From Klebsormidium nitens (taxonomy: Eukaryota > Plantae > Klebsormidiophyceae): a stretch of 64,000 nt of DNA. Both the position numbers and the translations under genes were made by a program. The stretch covers positions 1-64,000 of the forward strand of contig DF237031.1 in NCBI GenBank assembly GCA_000708835.1, read 5' to 3'. The notes below the pieces were generated by a model. That model did not search any database, was not told where the DNA came from, and saw nothing but the letters and a program-made list of their open reading frames with translations. Each line of letters starts with the position of its first letter. Position 1 is the stretch's first letter. Below, piece after piece: positions 1-12,349 of the stretch.

Positions 1-1
1 G

Positions 2-245
2 CATCCCCCGCCCCCGCCCCCGCCCCGACCACCGGAAGCCCCCCGGGGGATCCTCCCCGATGGGAAGCCCCCCTACGAAAACTCCATTGCTCCCGGCCTG
101 CTCCTACCGCCGGGACCAGTTCCAGTAAGTTGAGTTAGTTGTTTTCCGCCTAACCCTTGGACCTTTTTATAACGGTCGCAGTCCTCTGCAGGAAATGACT
201 CTTTTCAATGACTTCAGGAAGGCGTTGAACGCTGACCGCTTATAG
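2..245 (+). CDS. 3' end (last two exons) of an upstream gene of unknown function, Pro-rich
   Basis: Exon 2-124 (HPPPPPPPRPPEAPRGILPDGKPPYENSIAPGLLLPPGPVP) ends at GTAAGT. Intron 125-191 ends in CTGCAG. Exon 192-245 continues in frame (EMTLFNDFRKALNADRL*). The start lies outside the window. Confidence 0.6.
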
Positions 246-656
246 TCTTTTGTCAAAGTGTTATTGTGCCCTTTTCTGCTAGTATGTTTGGGTTTCTGGA
301 CGACCTTATGCTGCTAGAGTAGAGTTGCATAAAAATGTTAAGGGGCGCCGGGGGTCAGCTCCCCCATCGAACGCAGAATTCGTGTTTCTGGTTATGAAGA
401 CCACTTTAACCAACCCATTAAACACATCCAATCAGTTTACAATCTTCGCTCCAGTTGCTCGCCAAGCAGAAATTCCCTTCTTTTCATCCACCAAGTTCCG
501 TCCAGTCGCGCGGCGCCGCTTCGCTAAACATCACTTGTGACCCCTTTCTACGCTCTCATCCCGTCGGTAAATTTAATCTGAATAATGCCACGCACAGCTA
601 GTGATCACCGCCTGTGCTTACCTTCGCTCATCTGTTTCGTTCCCTTCCATCCGCAG

Positions 657-3600
657 GTGCCATCGGAATTCCGCTGGCCGGCGGCTCTTGCACAGGTCCT
701 CTGGCTACCCGTCGACCTGCACTACCGCCGACGGTTCCGCCCAGTACTGCTGCCCCACCGGAACCGGATGCTTCTCCTCTTCATCCTTCACCTGCTATTC
801 CGCGAGCGGAACCGGAACGTACCCCACAACTCCGACCAACTTCGACTCGGACTGCTCCCAGGTTGTCGAGCTGACGATCGACGAAGCGCAGGCGCTGTTC
901 GAGAGCGGCCAGCTGACGTCACACTCGCTCGTGTCCTGCTACCTGCAGCGGATTGCGGACTACGACAACATCGGAACGTTCAAGGGCCTCGTAAGTTCGT
1001 TGTTTGCCCTTCAAGTTACCTTTCGCTCTTAGCATTCCTCGCTTACTCTTTCTTACTTTATCCACCTATTCCTTTCTTCCGGCAATTTTGAAGTTGTGGT
1101 CTCTGTAACGAGCCCTCCGGTAAGGTCTAGAGCACTTGACTGCTCCCTTCCTGCCACTTGAAGTTAGCAATGAATGTAGACCAAAGCACTCATTCGGCGC
1201 AGTCGAAAATTGGATTGAAGTATGTGTAAGGAACAGCGCCTCAGTCGCTGATATAGATCACGCAGGGTGCATCATCTGGACATAAGAAGTAAGTAATACC
1301 AGCGCCGTTATCTGCTTCACGCCCAAGTCTCTGCTTTCGCCTGTGACTTTTCACCGATCAAGCAGAAGTCTCGGTTCGTAAGCACCGAATAGGACTCATA
1401 GCCCGTAAGTTTCTTCGAGTACGCCGTCGCCTATTGGCGCCAGCGGACGAGCCCACTAGATAAATAGTGCGCTTCGGCACATTTCTAAACTTTTGCAAAC
1501 CGCTGGCTTATGCCACGAACGCCGTGCTGGAGCAGAATCCGAACGCGCTGGTAGATGCTGACGCGACAAGTCATCGAGCGAGCTTTTGGCTCATGTTCCA
1601 GATCCTCCTTCGCTTTATGATTATCTCCTCCATTGTTAATTTCCAAGGTAGTCTCTAACACATTTCATATTCCAGATACAGACCGCATATGCCACTAACG
1701 CCGTTCTGGAGCTCAACCCGTCGGCTCTGGCCGACGCTGACGCGAAGGACATCGAGCGCTCTTCCCGCAGCTCTACCTCAATCCTTTGCTCTCTCCTCTT
1801 ACCGGCTTCTGAGTTGTCTTTGAGTTGTTTCCAACATATATTTGCTACTTTTCCAGACCGCTTATGCCACTAACGCCGTTCTGGAGCTCAACCCGACGGC
1901 TTTGGCTGACGCCGACGCGAAGGACATCGAGCGCGCGGCGTGCGCGCCCAACTGCAACCTCAACAAGCTGCACGGAATTCCGGTCGCCCTCAAGGACAAC
2001 GTGTGCGCGGACGGAATGGAGTGTACCGCTGGTGAGCGTTCCGTTCTTCTTGATGAGTACGTGGGATTTTGGTGGCCTTCACCTCTGCGAGTAAGGAAAG
2101 GATTTATGACTGCCGCGCTCGCGGAAGGATTCCGCAACAACGTGAGCGGAATCATTCTGCGCCCCGAACCGCTTTCAACACGTGTCTATGAGTCGTCCCG
2201 TTCCTTCCGCTCGGGGTCCTAGAACTTGGTCGGCTCTAGCTTACCACCCGGAAGCGTAACTCGCAACGTACCGGAATCAAGAACTCCGGCGGAATCATCC
2301 TTCGGTTCGATGTGTTCGGTTCCATTCTTTACGTGCAGATTTTCTGGAACCTCTTCGGCTCTCCTCACGCGTAAGCGTACCTCTCGACCGGATTCTATGT
2401 GTTTCTGAAGTCCGGTTCCGTTCGTTCTGTTCAGGCTCCTGGAACCTGTTTGGCTCCCACCACGCGGAAGCCTACCTCGCGACCGGAATCAAGGCCGCGG
2501 GCGGAATCATCCTGTGCAAGCTGGGCCTCTCCGAGTGGGCCAACTACCGCGGCAGCTCCGTCTCCGGCTGGTCCGGCCGCGGGGGGCAGGTCTACGTGAG
2601 CGACGTCACGCTGACGCTATCAATGACGTCATCTCTTGTTGCGCTTTGTTATTGGATTTGCTGTTTGTCGCTGATTGGCTGGTAAGAACACACTCCGTCT
2701 GCAGCTCCGTTACCGACTGGTCCGGTCGCGACGCGGCGGCCAGATTCCCGTGAGTGACTCACGCTGCAATCAGCGCAGATGTTACATTCAACATTGCACT
2801 TATCGACGCTCAGCTTTTTGTTTGGGACGAAAACGGTTCAGCAGCACTAGCAGCTTTGTTGTCGCTCCCCCGGGCCCAAGCGAGCATTTTCACGTCAGCC
2901 GCCTCTCTCTGACGTCATCATAAGACTAGTAAAACTAAGCTCCTGTTTCGTTGTCGACGCGAAACTGTGGCTTCTTGACTTCGCTGCTTCACCCACAAAC
3001 TAGCCAAGCACAACCTTCTTCTATTAGCAACGCGACTTCTCTTCTCAGCAATGCCACTTTCCTATCCGCTCTTTCAAGGTTTGGCAATACGAAGCCAACG
3101 TGAATCTTAGGATGTCCTGCCTTTATCGGACAAAGGAGCAAAATCGAATTTCTTCGTACAGGATCCGTACGTCCGCTACCAGATCAGCGGACAGATCACG
3201 ATTGACAACCCGTACCCCGACATTCCCTCTGCGCTTCCCGTCAACACCACTTACTTCAACCACTCCAACCCGACGATCGTCTCCGGGAGCTCTTCCGGTT
3301 CCGGCGTTGCCGCCGCGACTAGTCTGGTGAGCTAATCTAGACCTCCCTCTTCCGTTGAAACATAACAGAATCTCGTACGGAAAGTGATAATCCGACCTGG
3401 GAACAAGACTACGGGAGCTATTCCGGGTCCGGCGTCCCGGCCGCAATCAGCCCGGTAAGCTGGAGTCTCTACACTTCCGCTTTTGCTGATCTGTATCGAT
3501 TCTCTAAGTCCCAAATGAAACGGGCTTTTGCTTTCTGTATCAGAATCCTGGAAAGCAATTCCGAGAGCTCGTTCGTTTCCGGGTCGCCTCTGCGATTGGC

Positions 3601-6600
3601 AAGCCGTACATTTCATCACTACTTGTTTTCGTATGTGCTTTACCAGCCCTTTTCTTACGCTTTGCTTCCTAATCTTTTCGCTTGGTATACCGACTCATCA
3701 GTGAGATTCGATCCGCCGTCTCCTGTGCAGCGGAACTCCTTGAACCGTTCGTCATCTGTCTTCCCGTCGTTTTTGCTCTGCGAAGCTTGAGCTACTCGGC
3801 TCGGGATGAACAGCTAATTCATCTTACACACAGATCTTTCATTACGTTTTCGCGTCCAACCTGTTGAGCTAGAGATGATTCTGGTCCTTACCCTTGTTCA
3901 AACTGAAAGCGAGTTTTGAGAGTCTTTTCTCGTAGGTAGCAAACATCTTCCCGTTATGCCAATATGGGAGCCATATTTTGCGTCAGACCTCGCGAGCGCA
4001 GCAGCCGCGTCCTCTTTTCAATGGAATTTTGCTTGCAGAAACAAATGGAACGCCTTGAATTTCTGAACTACGCGTAAAACCAAACGAAATGAAGTCGATC
4101 GAGAGGGTTAGAACTAACCCTTCGGGTCATCCGTGCTTTGTGTAGGCGATGGTAACCATCGGTTCCGAGACAAGCGGATCGATCCTGGGCCCCAGCGGAT
4201 CGAACGGACTCGCCGGAATCAAGCCCACCGTGGGTCTAGTCAGCCGCGCCGGCGTCGTTCCGCTGTCGGAATCTCAGGACACAGCCGGGTGAGCGGAAAT
4301 TGAAACCATCCTTTAGCTCATTTGTTCGCCTCTTCAGCTGTACTTTGAGATGCGCAACTCGTTGGCTCTGCGAAAAGAAGACCTGCTATTTCAAATCCAC
4401 AATCTCAGCCGTGGCGAAAAGAGTTCTTACTTGGAAAACTCAAATTTCAGATAAGATATGACAAAGGAGAGATTACTAGCGCCCCCAAGGAAGCAGAAGT
4501 TCTTATTTTGAAGCAGCCGCTTTGAAGTAGAGCCAAAAGAAGGGGTCTGTGCATGTTCGTTAGCTGCATTTGGAACTTGCGCATTGAGGACCACTTAGCC
4601 GTGTGTTTTATTTAAATGCTCATGCCCACATCCGTGTGCCGTCTCTAACGTTGGACGCGGTACGTCTTCGGAGCAACCCTACAACCTTCTTTCGCCGTCG
4701 ACTTCAGATGATCATTGAAAGAAGTTCAGCCGTCCGATGCATATATCGACGGTCCGATTTGCAGGCCCATGTGCCGGACTCTGACGGACGCCGTGTACCT
4801 TTTGGACACCATCACGGGCGTCGATCCGAACGATGCGTACACCAACGGACAGGTCGCGCCCGTGGGCGGCTTCACACAGTTCCTCAAGACGACGGGCCTG
4901 CAAGGTGTGAATGCACCCCTCCAGCCCTGTGATGAATTTATCTTGTGCTGGAAAATCCGCGTTTCAGGTCCTAATAACCATATCTGATCAAGCTCTGAGT
5001 AGGCCCTGCAGTTGAATTCTCCTGGGATATTTAAGCTCGAGATGCGAATGACTTTTACGTCCGCTCACGATTACTCCTAGCTTTGGCTCGCAGTCTCCAT
5101 CCAATTTCCCTCAAGCTCCTGGTTACATGTGGTGCTATCTGATCCCCGTGTGAGCATTGTGCCTGAGTCCGAAGGTTTCTCATCGATCCCCACTGCATGC
5201 AGGAGTGCCCTCCGTGCTTGGAACCCTGTTCCGTTTTTGGAGTCCTTCCTTCTTCGCATGCTAACCCTCGAGTTCTGAGTTGACGAAAGGCAAGCTGACC
5301 TAAGCGGAAGGATCTGACGTCAGCTTTCACTTCCTCCAATGATGCAGGAAAGAAAATTGCTTTCACCCCCTTGAACCCCAACACCACCAACCCGGTTCTT
5401 CTGGCCGCCTTCAACTCGATCCCCGATATCCTCAGGTATGTCGTTCTCTAATGTTGCGCTTTTGTTTTCTGCCCAATTAGTCCCTTCAATCGGCATTCCT
5501 TGCGGCTATAAACGTCAGCTGCAGTGATTAAGGTGGCGTTTGGCTGGCTTTTTAATCTTAATCTCCAGCTTGATGCTTGGAAACTTGATGTGTACCTTGT
5601 TCTTTAGTGGTGCGAGCCTCTGATTTACTCAAACCTCCTATGTCTCGATTTCATCCTGATGTCATCACTTTTGACACATCCATAAAACTTCTGAAAAATG
5701 AGTCGTTGCCTGAACCATTGACTTAGATCGTCGATAAAATGGCTGCCTAGGGCTGGTTATGAAATATCTAAGTCCTTCCTGAGTTGTCATCTTTTTTTGA
5801 GCATTCGAAAGCTTCTTTGCGCAGGGCCCAGGGCGCCACGGTGGACGTCCTTCCGTTTCCGTTCACCATCCCCGGAACCAGCGGACTGAGCACCAGCTCC
5901 ATCCTTCCCACGGACTTCAAGGTCGACATCAACAACTTCCTCTCGGGTAGGGCGTTTTGTATACATTTCGCGGGATCGCACTTCGAACTTGTGTGCTGAC
6001 GAAAATGCTTTTTACTGCTTTCTGTGTTCTGTGCCAGGTAAAGGTCTACAGCTGCTTAATTGATTCGAGGGCACCAATTGTTTGCTTGCTCTTCGCAGCA
6101 GCCCATATCTTTACCTCCAGAGTTGAGGTGATTGATAGTTTCAGAAAGACGCAACTTCTCTCGATCGCGACTCACGTCTAGCGTTCACGTCTCATTCCCA
6201 ATCCGCCATTTCGAGTCACTTGTGCGCTCTTTCTGAGACCCTTTCACCCGTTTCGACGAACACCTTCAACATTTTATGCAGCTCTGTTCTGATCGTATCG
6301 TGCTGCTATTCCGCCCGTACCGAGCTTATGGGCACGAAGCAATCCGACTAGATTTTGAAGGCGACCACGAGTGTTTCTGCGGAACACTTCTCTAGAGGAC
6401 TCAGTAGAAGTTTTCTTCGAAAACTCTATAACCCCCTGCCTAAACACTCTGTTAATCATTTGCAGAGCTAACCTGGAAGGCTGGCTTCACCGTCCAGAAG
6501 ACGTTGGCGGACATGATCCAATTCAACAAGGTACGTTTTCGGACTATATTCTTACGACCCAGATAATTTCGCATGTCAACCCTTTATGTTTTTCGACAGC

Positions 6601-8582
6601 TGTCAGAGGACATGACAGCTGTCAGGGTCTGGTCTAAACTACTTTAAAAGGTGATCAGATAGCTCTGAAGCTTCAGAATCGTGACGACTAGAATGTCGGT
6701 GGATGTATACCTGGTTGAGAGGCACATGCGCGCAAGGCGCGCTCGTACACCTTCAGCATCTCACAGTGGGAGACACTTCATGCAGACTTTGTTTAGTTAT
6801 CCAGGACTCAAGAAGGACAAATTGAGAGCGAGAAGGACCGGAATTCAAGAGAAGTACGACCCACAAGATTCGTCACAACGAACCCTGTGTTTCGCCGCCG
6901 GAGAAGTTGAGACCCAGAGGTCAGTTTGACAACAGGGGACCTTTCATGCGATTCTGGTGGACTTTAAGGGAGGAGTGATCAAAACCCAAACCATCATAAC
7001 ATAGAATGTTCCGCTTTTGCGCAGGACAACTATCTGCTCGAGTTCCAGGGCGGCACGTGCTGCCGCGGACAGCCCGCCTACGGCAACTTCTTCCAGCAGA
7101 CCTGGGAGAACGCGCAGAACACCACCGGGTTTGACTCGGCCGCCTACATGAGCTCCAAGCAGGTAAACACTTTTTTTCATTTTGACATAATTCTTAGATC
7201 TGGGCTGGCTTACGGGTGGGTCGTATGGTTTGTGTCAACGGCCGCTGAAAAGTCATTTTCAGCAGACCTGGGAACAGGCGCAGAACACCACAGGGTTTGG
7301 CTCGACCGCCTACATGAGCTCCAAGCAGGTGAACACCTTTCTTCTGACATACTTCTGAAATCTGGACTGTCTTACGGGGGTGTCTTATGGGAGTGTCAAC
7401 GGCCGCTAGAGGTTAAGCTTTTTCAGCGGATCTACTAATCCAGACCGCGCAGAATATCACCTGCTTTTGCTCGACCGCCTACATGAGCTGTAAACAGGCA
7501 AATCCCCTCCCTCTTTTGACACAAATGCGGGAATTATTGGTTTTCGTTACTGGGGTTTGCGTCAGAGTCTGCTGAGAAACGATCTTAACGAACCTAGAAG
7601 ACCGCGCCAAGCATAGTTTGACGCTTTTGTGTCAATCTCGCAGCTTCTTCGGGCTCCCCTCTGCGTGCCTGAATATATCAGTTGGTCAGCAGGTTTTGGT
7701 TTCTGGCCTCCGCCCTTCTCAACTTTCCGCCGCTGATGACACCCGATTATGATATCCCCACTGACGTTGTCGTTACCTTTGCTCTCTGCTTATCATACCC
7801 TCGCACCGCTTATGGCAGAACGCATCGGCAATTGCGGCCGCCATCACCACCTTCCTCAACAGCAACGGCTATGACGCGATCACTTCCAACGGGGGGCTCA
7901 TCGGTACCTTCGCCACAGCCCAGTAAGTACCTCCCCCCCGGAATTGCTTCCTCTCGTTTTTGCCGGGGAAAGCGTTAAGCTACCAGCTCCTTCAGTCAGC
8001 GTTGAAAGCAGGTTACGTTCTGGTCTTTCGATAGTCGCTTTCTGAAAATTCGTTTTCTTCCCAACATACGTCATAAGATAAGGAGCGCCTTCTGGACACT
8101 GTTTCCGGTTTTCCTTCTGATAGAGCAACCAACGGTCCGGTGGCAAAATTCACCAACCCACAATTTTTTGACTGGCCGCCTTTTGGGTCTCTCGAGCATT
8201 CGCTTAACCCCGGTTTCTTTCCCAAAACGGCCCACCATTTCTTGGTGACGTTCTCAGATTTCCACACATAGTATATCATCGTCGGCCTCCGAGTGTAAGA
8301 GAAACGAACCCACACTCTCTTCCGACCAACTTTGCGAGCCCCGAGCAATAGTATACTCCCTGTCTCAATAGAAAACCGACCCACCCTTTCTTCCGGTTAC
8401 TTTTCAGGTTCCCGAGCATTTCCATTCCCGGGCTCAAGACCAGTCTGGGCGCACCGAGCGGGTTCATCTTCCACGGATCCGCGTATACGGAGGCAAAGCT
8501 TATTGAGATGGCCTATGCATACGAGCAGGCCAAGCCTTTCCCCCGCCCGCTCCCGACCTTTTGCAACGGCGCCAGTTGCTAG
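657..8582 (+). CDS. Amidase-signature (AS) family amidase, peptide-amidase/At4g34880-like, with an N-terminal Cys-rich segment; start codon unresolved
   Basis: 12 GT-AG exons in consistent phase: 657-990, 1857-2031, 2435-2595, 3162-3326, 4146-4288, 4765-4904, 5348-5435, 5825-5946, 6466-6530, 7025-7162, 7819-7922, 8408-8582 (about 600 codons). Motifs: [11 protein letters not shown] (catalytic Lys), [32 protein letters not shown] (Ser nucleophile), [48 protein letters not shown]. Confidence 0.93.
1505..1760 (+). repeat. Two intronic echoes of the 5' end of amidase exon 1857-2031
   Basis: ATGCCAC(T/G)AACGCCGT(T/G)CTGGAGC... occurs at 1510 and 1689 and in the real exon at 1864 (spacing 179 and 175 bp). 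The nearer copy is the more similar. Confidence 0.9.
2110..2400 (+). repeat. Degenerate intronic echoes of the 5' part of amidase exon 2435-2595
   Basis: GCGGAAG...ACCGGAATCAAG...GGCGGAATCAT(C/T)CT motifs at about 2120-2160, 2245-2300 and 2365-2395 match the exon sequence at 2460-2515. Confidence 0.7.
3390..3605 (+). repeat. Echoes of the 3' end and donor of amidase exon 3162-3326
   Basis: CGGGAGCTATTCCGGGTCCGGCGTCCCGGCCGCAATCAGCCCG|GTAAGC (to 3460) copies CGGGAGCTCTTCCGGTTCCGGCGTTGCCGCCGCGACTAGTCTG|GTGAGC. A fainter copy lies near 3560-3605. Confidence 0.7.
7255..7630 (+). repeat. Echoes of the 3' end and donor of amidase exon 7025-7162
   Basis: CGCCTACATGAGCT at 7141 (real exon), 7307 and 7476 (spacing 166 and 169 bp). 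A faint third copy lies at about 7599. Confidence 0.9.
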
Positions 8583-10304
8583 ACGCCACGTGGCACACGC
8601 GCGCGCAAATTCTCATGATTCGCGCAATCGGGCTTGGAGCCTCAAGGTTACTGGATGATATAGGATTCTGGGTTAGGCGTGTTGCTAGCTTAAGTTAAGC
8701 TGTGATTGGGTTTCCATTTTTGTGCGGAAATTAAGTAATTTTAGCTCTACAATAAGATTGCTCACCGTCGTTTCCAAGCGAAGACGATACTTTTCGGACG
8801 GTGGCACCAACAGCTCGCAAAACAAAGCTGCTGGAAGAGCGTACGTAGAAGAAATAGCTGCTGGCGTTGGCAGCCGGGACGTCAACCTGATAAGCAGGAT
8901 GGAAGTTCGATAAGCAGCCGGACGTCCAATAAGCAAGCTGGACGTCCGATACGCCCTTTTCTGAATTTCGTGAGAGCTTCCGTTCCGCTCTTCAAGTGCA
9001 GCGAGACAAGCGAAAGGCTCTGAAATAAGCCTTGACATTTCGGTTAGCACCCAATTGGAATTCATTACAAAACACAAGTGCTTCTGTCTACACGTCTTTA
9101 GCTGCTCAAATACCACTCGCTTGAAATTTTCAACGTTCGGATCGGGCCAACTCAGTCTGGCGTCGTCCAGCCCAATACTGATTATAACGCCTACGTCTTT
9201 TCCTTGATTGGTTTTTGAAAGCATCCCGTACCTAAAGCGCCAGAGCGCAAATACCTATGTGACGCGTGACTGACAACTGGCCGGGCAGGTAACCTGTTTG
9301 TGTTTGGTTCAGTCAACGACTGAGAAGTTGAATCAAGACGGGTCGAGCCATTATTTCAGGTATGATCTGTTTGATTTTTTGTTAGTGTAGCAAAGAAAGC
9401 GTACCGGCCCGTAACCTTTTACTTGGCCCTGCTATGTGAACATTATAGACCCTATAACCTAAGACGTACGCGCCATGAAAGATGTCATTTATAGCTACAT
9501 TTTGCCACATCTTAATACCATCGATACCGGTACCCGCGTAATCCATGCACCAAGCCAGAAGTGTCGAAAGCGTTCGATGTGGTAGCGTCCACAAATTTAA
9601 TCTACTTCTGCTGAACGAAGCTTCAAAAATCGTATCATTGAGCATCAAAACAACTTGAGTCATGCCGCCATGACGGTTGAACATGAATGTTGCACGTCGA
9701 TTGATCATACTCGTATAGCCAGAACTTTCTGCGGGCCTGTTGACCGTGATAGGAAATCGTCGGTTGAAGTCTCAGTGAGTTGAAGCCAAATAGATCCATG
9801 AATTAGTGGATCGCCCACTCAGGGTTTGTGTTGGCTTCGCCGCCGCCGGACCCTTTATATTGTAAGCGCACCCGGCCTTGCTTGCATTTAATAATTTGCA
9901 CTGACAGCGTGACGGCGCGACCGAAGGTCGCCGCGAGGCTTTGGTTCGGTGAACTTCATTCTTTCCAATGGATACTTCTCTTATAGCCCGTGCGAATCAA
10001 AGCCATGGGGCGGTCAGAATGTAACACAAGATTAATGGCGGCGGCTTGCGCGTGATGCATCTATCAGGGTGACGAAGATGAGACAACGATGTTTAGGTGA
10101 CTAGACCAAGTTTTGAAATCCGTATTCGTTCAAGATGACGACAGCCTGAGTGCACGTTGCGCGCCTGCGCAGCGACTCGGAATTCTGGAGACGCCACAAG
10201 AAATCGAAATGGGCTACGGGGTGACTTCTGTACTGGAGCTTTGTATCACGCTTCTTTTCGATGATTGTACCTGACTGCTAGACGGCCATATAGATTTGAA
10301 GATA

Positions 10305-11162
10305 TTATTGTTGGTAACTCGGGCTCGTTTGTGGCACATTTCCTAATCCAGGTAAACGTACAAGAAGTGATAGAACTTCACCCTTAAGGCTTCGACCCGT
10401 AACGCGCACCATTCTCCGAGAATCCCTGATCTCATCTGCAGAATCTTTGCTTTCCCGTTTCTCCTCCAACAGGTCTTTATAACGCGAGACCCTCCCCGCC
10501 AAATAGACTCTGTTTGCAAGCAGAATCGCCCGTGCGACGATCTTCTCAAGCCGCGACTGCTTCTTCCATTCTCCCCACATAGATTGGCCTTCGCGCCTCC
10601 CCCTGCTTACGTAGCGCCAAACAAGATAGGAGACCCCAACGCTCAAACTGGTAAAACCGCACAACCCAAAGCCCAGTTTCATAATTCTTCCCCCACCAAA
10701 CTCTTGGCTTCTGCCAAGACTCTCATTCAACGAAGCATCTTGACGCCGTGTTGCAGCAAGCCCGACGCTCCAATCTAGTTGCTCCGGTTCCGTCTCATGA
10801 CAGGACAGCTTTTTTTCAGAAGTCGCCAGTTTCTGCCTAGAAATTGGCACCTTCGTGCCGCCCACTTTGGTAGTTCCGGCCACCGCTTCCGCTGAATCCG
10901 CTGGGCCGCCCGCAGCCACCCGGGCGCCGAACGTGGACGGAACCCGGGAGCGTGCCAAAACTGCTGGTTCTCCTGAGTTGACGGCTCCCGGTTGGGCAGG
11001 AAGGCTGGAGGTTCTGAATGGAACCGAGGAAATATCGATGTTGGGTCCCTTTATAAATTGTGACTTCTTGGTCAGCACTCCTGCCAATGCTCTGCATCCA
11101 GGGAGAAAGATCGCAGCGGCATCTGTGACGCTCCATAGGAAGACCTCTTCTGTGAAGTCCAT
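10305..11162 (-). CDS. Hypothetical intronless ORF (285 aa) with one predicted TM segment
   Basis: ATG-initiated 858-nt ORF with a hydrophobic stretch LGFGLCGFTSLSVGVSYLVWRYV followed by a charged helical region. No family recognised. Confidence 0.35.
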   Translation of the reverse strand: MDFTEEVFLWSVTDAAAIFLPGCRALAGVLTKKSQFIKGPNIDISSVPFRTSSLPAQPGAVNSGEPAVLARSRVPSTFGARVAAGGPADSAEAVAGTTKVGGTKVPISRQKLATSEKKLSCHETEPEQLDWSVGLAATRRQDASLNESLGRSQEFGGGRIMKLGFGLCGFTSLSVGVSYLVWRYVSRGRREGQSMWGEWKKQSRLEKIVARAILLANRVYLAGRVSRYKDLLEEKRESKDSADEIRDSRRMVRVTGRSLKGEVLSLLVRLPGLGNVPQTSPSYQQ

Positions 11163-11167
11163 GTCTC

Positions 11168-11358
11168 CTTTCCTACGAGAAAAGTTGGTCCGACGTTACA
11201 ATTGCAGATTGTGGGCTAGATAACAACGACCTTTTTCCTACGAGAAAAGTTGGTCCGACGTTACAATTGCAGATTGTGGGCTAGATAACAACGACCTTTT
11301 TCCTACGAGAAAAGTTGGTCCGACGTTACAAGGGCAGATTGTGGGCTAGATTACAACG
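11168..11358. repeat. 65-bp tandem repeat, about 3 copies
   Basis: TCCTACGAGAAAAGTTGGTCCGACGTTACAATTGCAGATTGTGGGCTAGATAACAACGACCTTTT starts at 11171, 11236 and 11301. The first two copies are identical and the third has a few substitutions. There are no spacers. Confidence 0.95.
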
Positions 11359-12349
11359 CGTGTCCGGTCCGCCTTAGCCCTCTGAAGCTTGAGTATGAAA
11401 TCTGTCTCTTTCTTCAGCATTAGTACAAGGTTTCAGCGTCTGAAATTCGTCGCTGTGGAAAGTTCAAAGGTAAGGCCGTCATTCCAATCATTGACGCCAC
11501 TCCCTCAAAGACATTTACTTGCTAAATCTTGAATGGGTCCTTTTGTTACCCAAACCTCAACATCTGGGAATGATGTTCTTATCTTATCGCTCGCGCTGAC
11601 GGGAAGACTCTTCGCATACAGAGCGGCTCGCAGATAGGATGATGCTTCAATCTTTACCGCCCTTCCAAAGAGCTGAGCGCTCAACCTCTTGATGGTTATC
11701 TTGCATGTCAGACTTGCTTCACGGGGTAAGAGGGCTCTTTGGATGTGACTAGAGGTGCCTCGGTGAGAAATGACTGTTCCAACATTTACATGCAGAATTT
11801 CATTGATGTGACGATTTTCCGGTCATGTCAACAATCTTTACCGCTCAAGAGGACTTCTCATACTGGTAGAGCCATTAAATGATCCGATCGTAGCCATCGG
11901 ACGGCACACGTCTGTTTAGAAAAGGGTCAAGCTGGCGGCAAGTTTGACGAAACTTGCAATTAAGATCTTGGCTGGCGCTGATATTGCGTATCAAAGATGC
12001 GCAAACAACCACTCAAAAAGCTAAAACTTCCTCTGTCAGAATTTGCTCCCGCAAACCATCGCAGGTCTTGCATTTGAAAGAACAACGTTTCTGATTTTCT
12101 TGCTCTCCCTATATGGCAGTACGTCGCTTATGGACATCTGTAAACATTTCGGCGAGGCGGCATCCACACGTTGATTTCAATCTCACCCAAGACTGCAGAG
12201 TCCACCAATTCAGAGGATAGCATTTCAATCACAGTCATCTGAGGCTAGCCTTTGTAGAACGGTGGTATATCTCTTATCTGAGGAGCTAGAGTACGAGCGG
12301 AGTAAAGAAGCCTCGAAGGTGCTCCCCCAGAACTCCGACCAGAACTCAG

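Noticed and set aside
8685-9800. Minus-strand ORFs of 179 and 108 aa with an upstream TATA-like site
   Set aside because: No recognisable motifs, no clear coding bias, and conflicting frames.
11168-11358. CRISPR-like array
   Set aside because: Units are contiguous with no unique spacers, no cas genes are present, and the context is eukaryotic.
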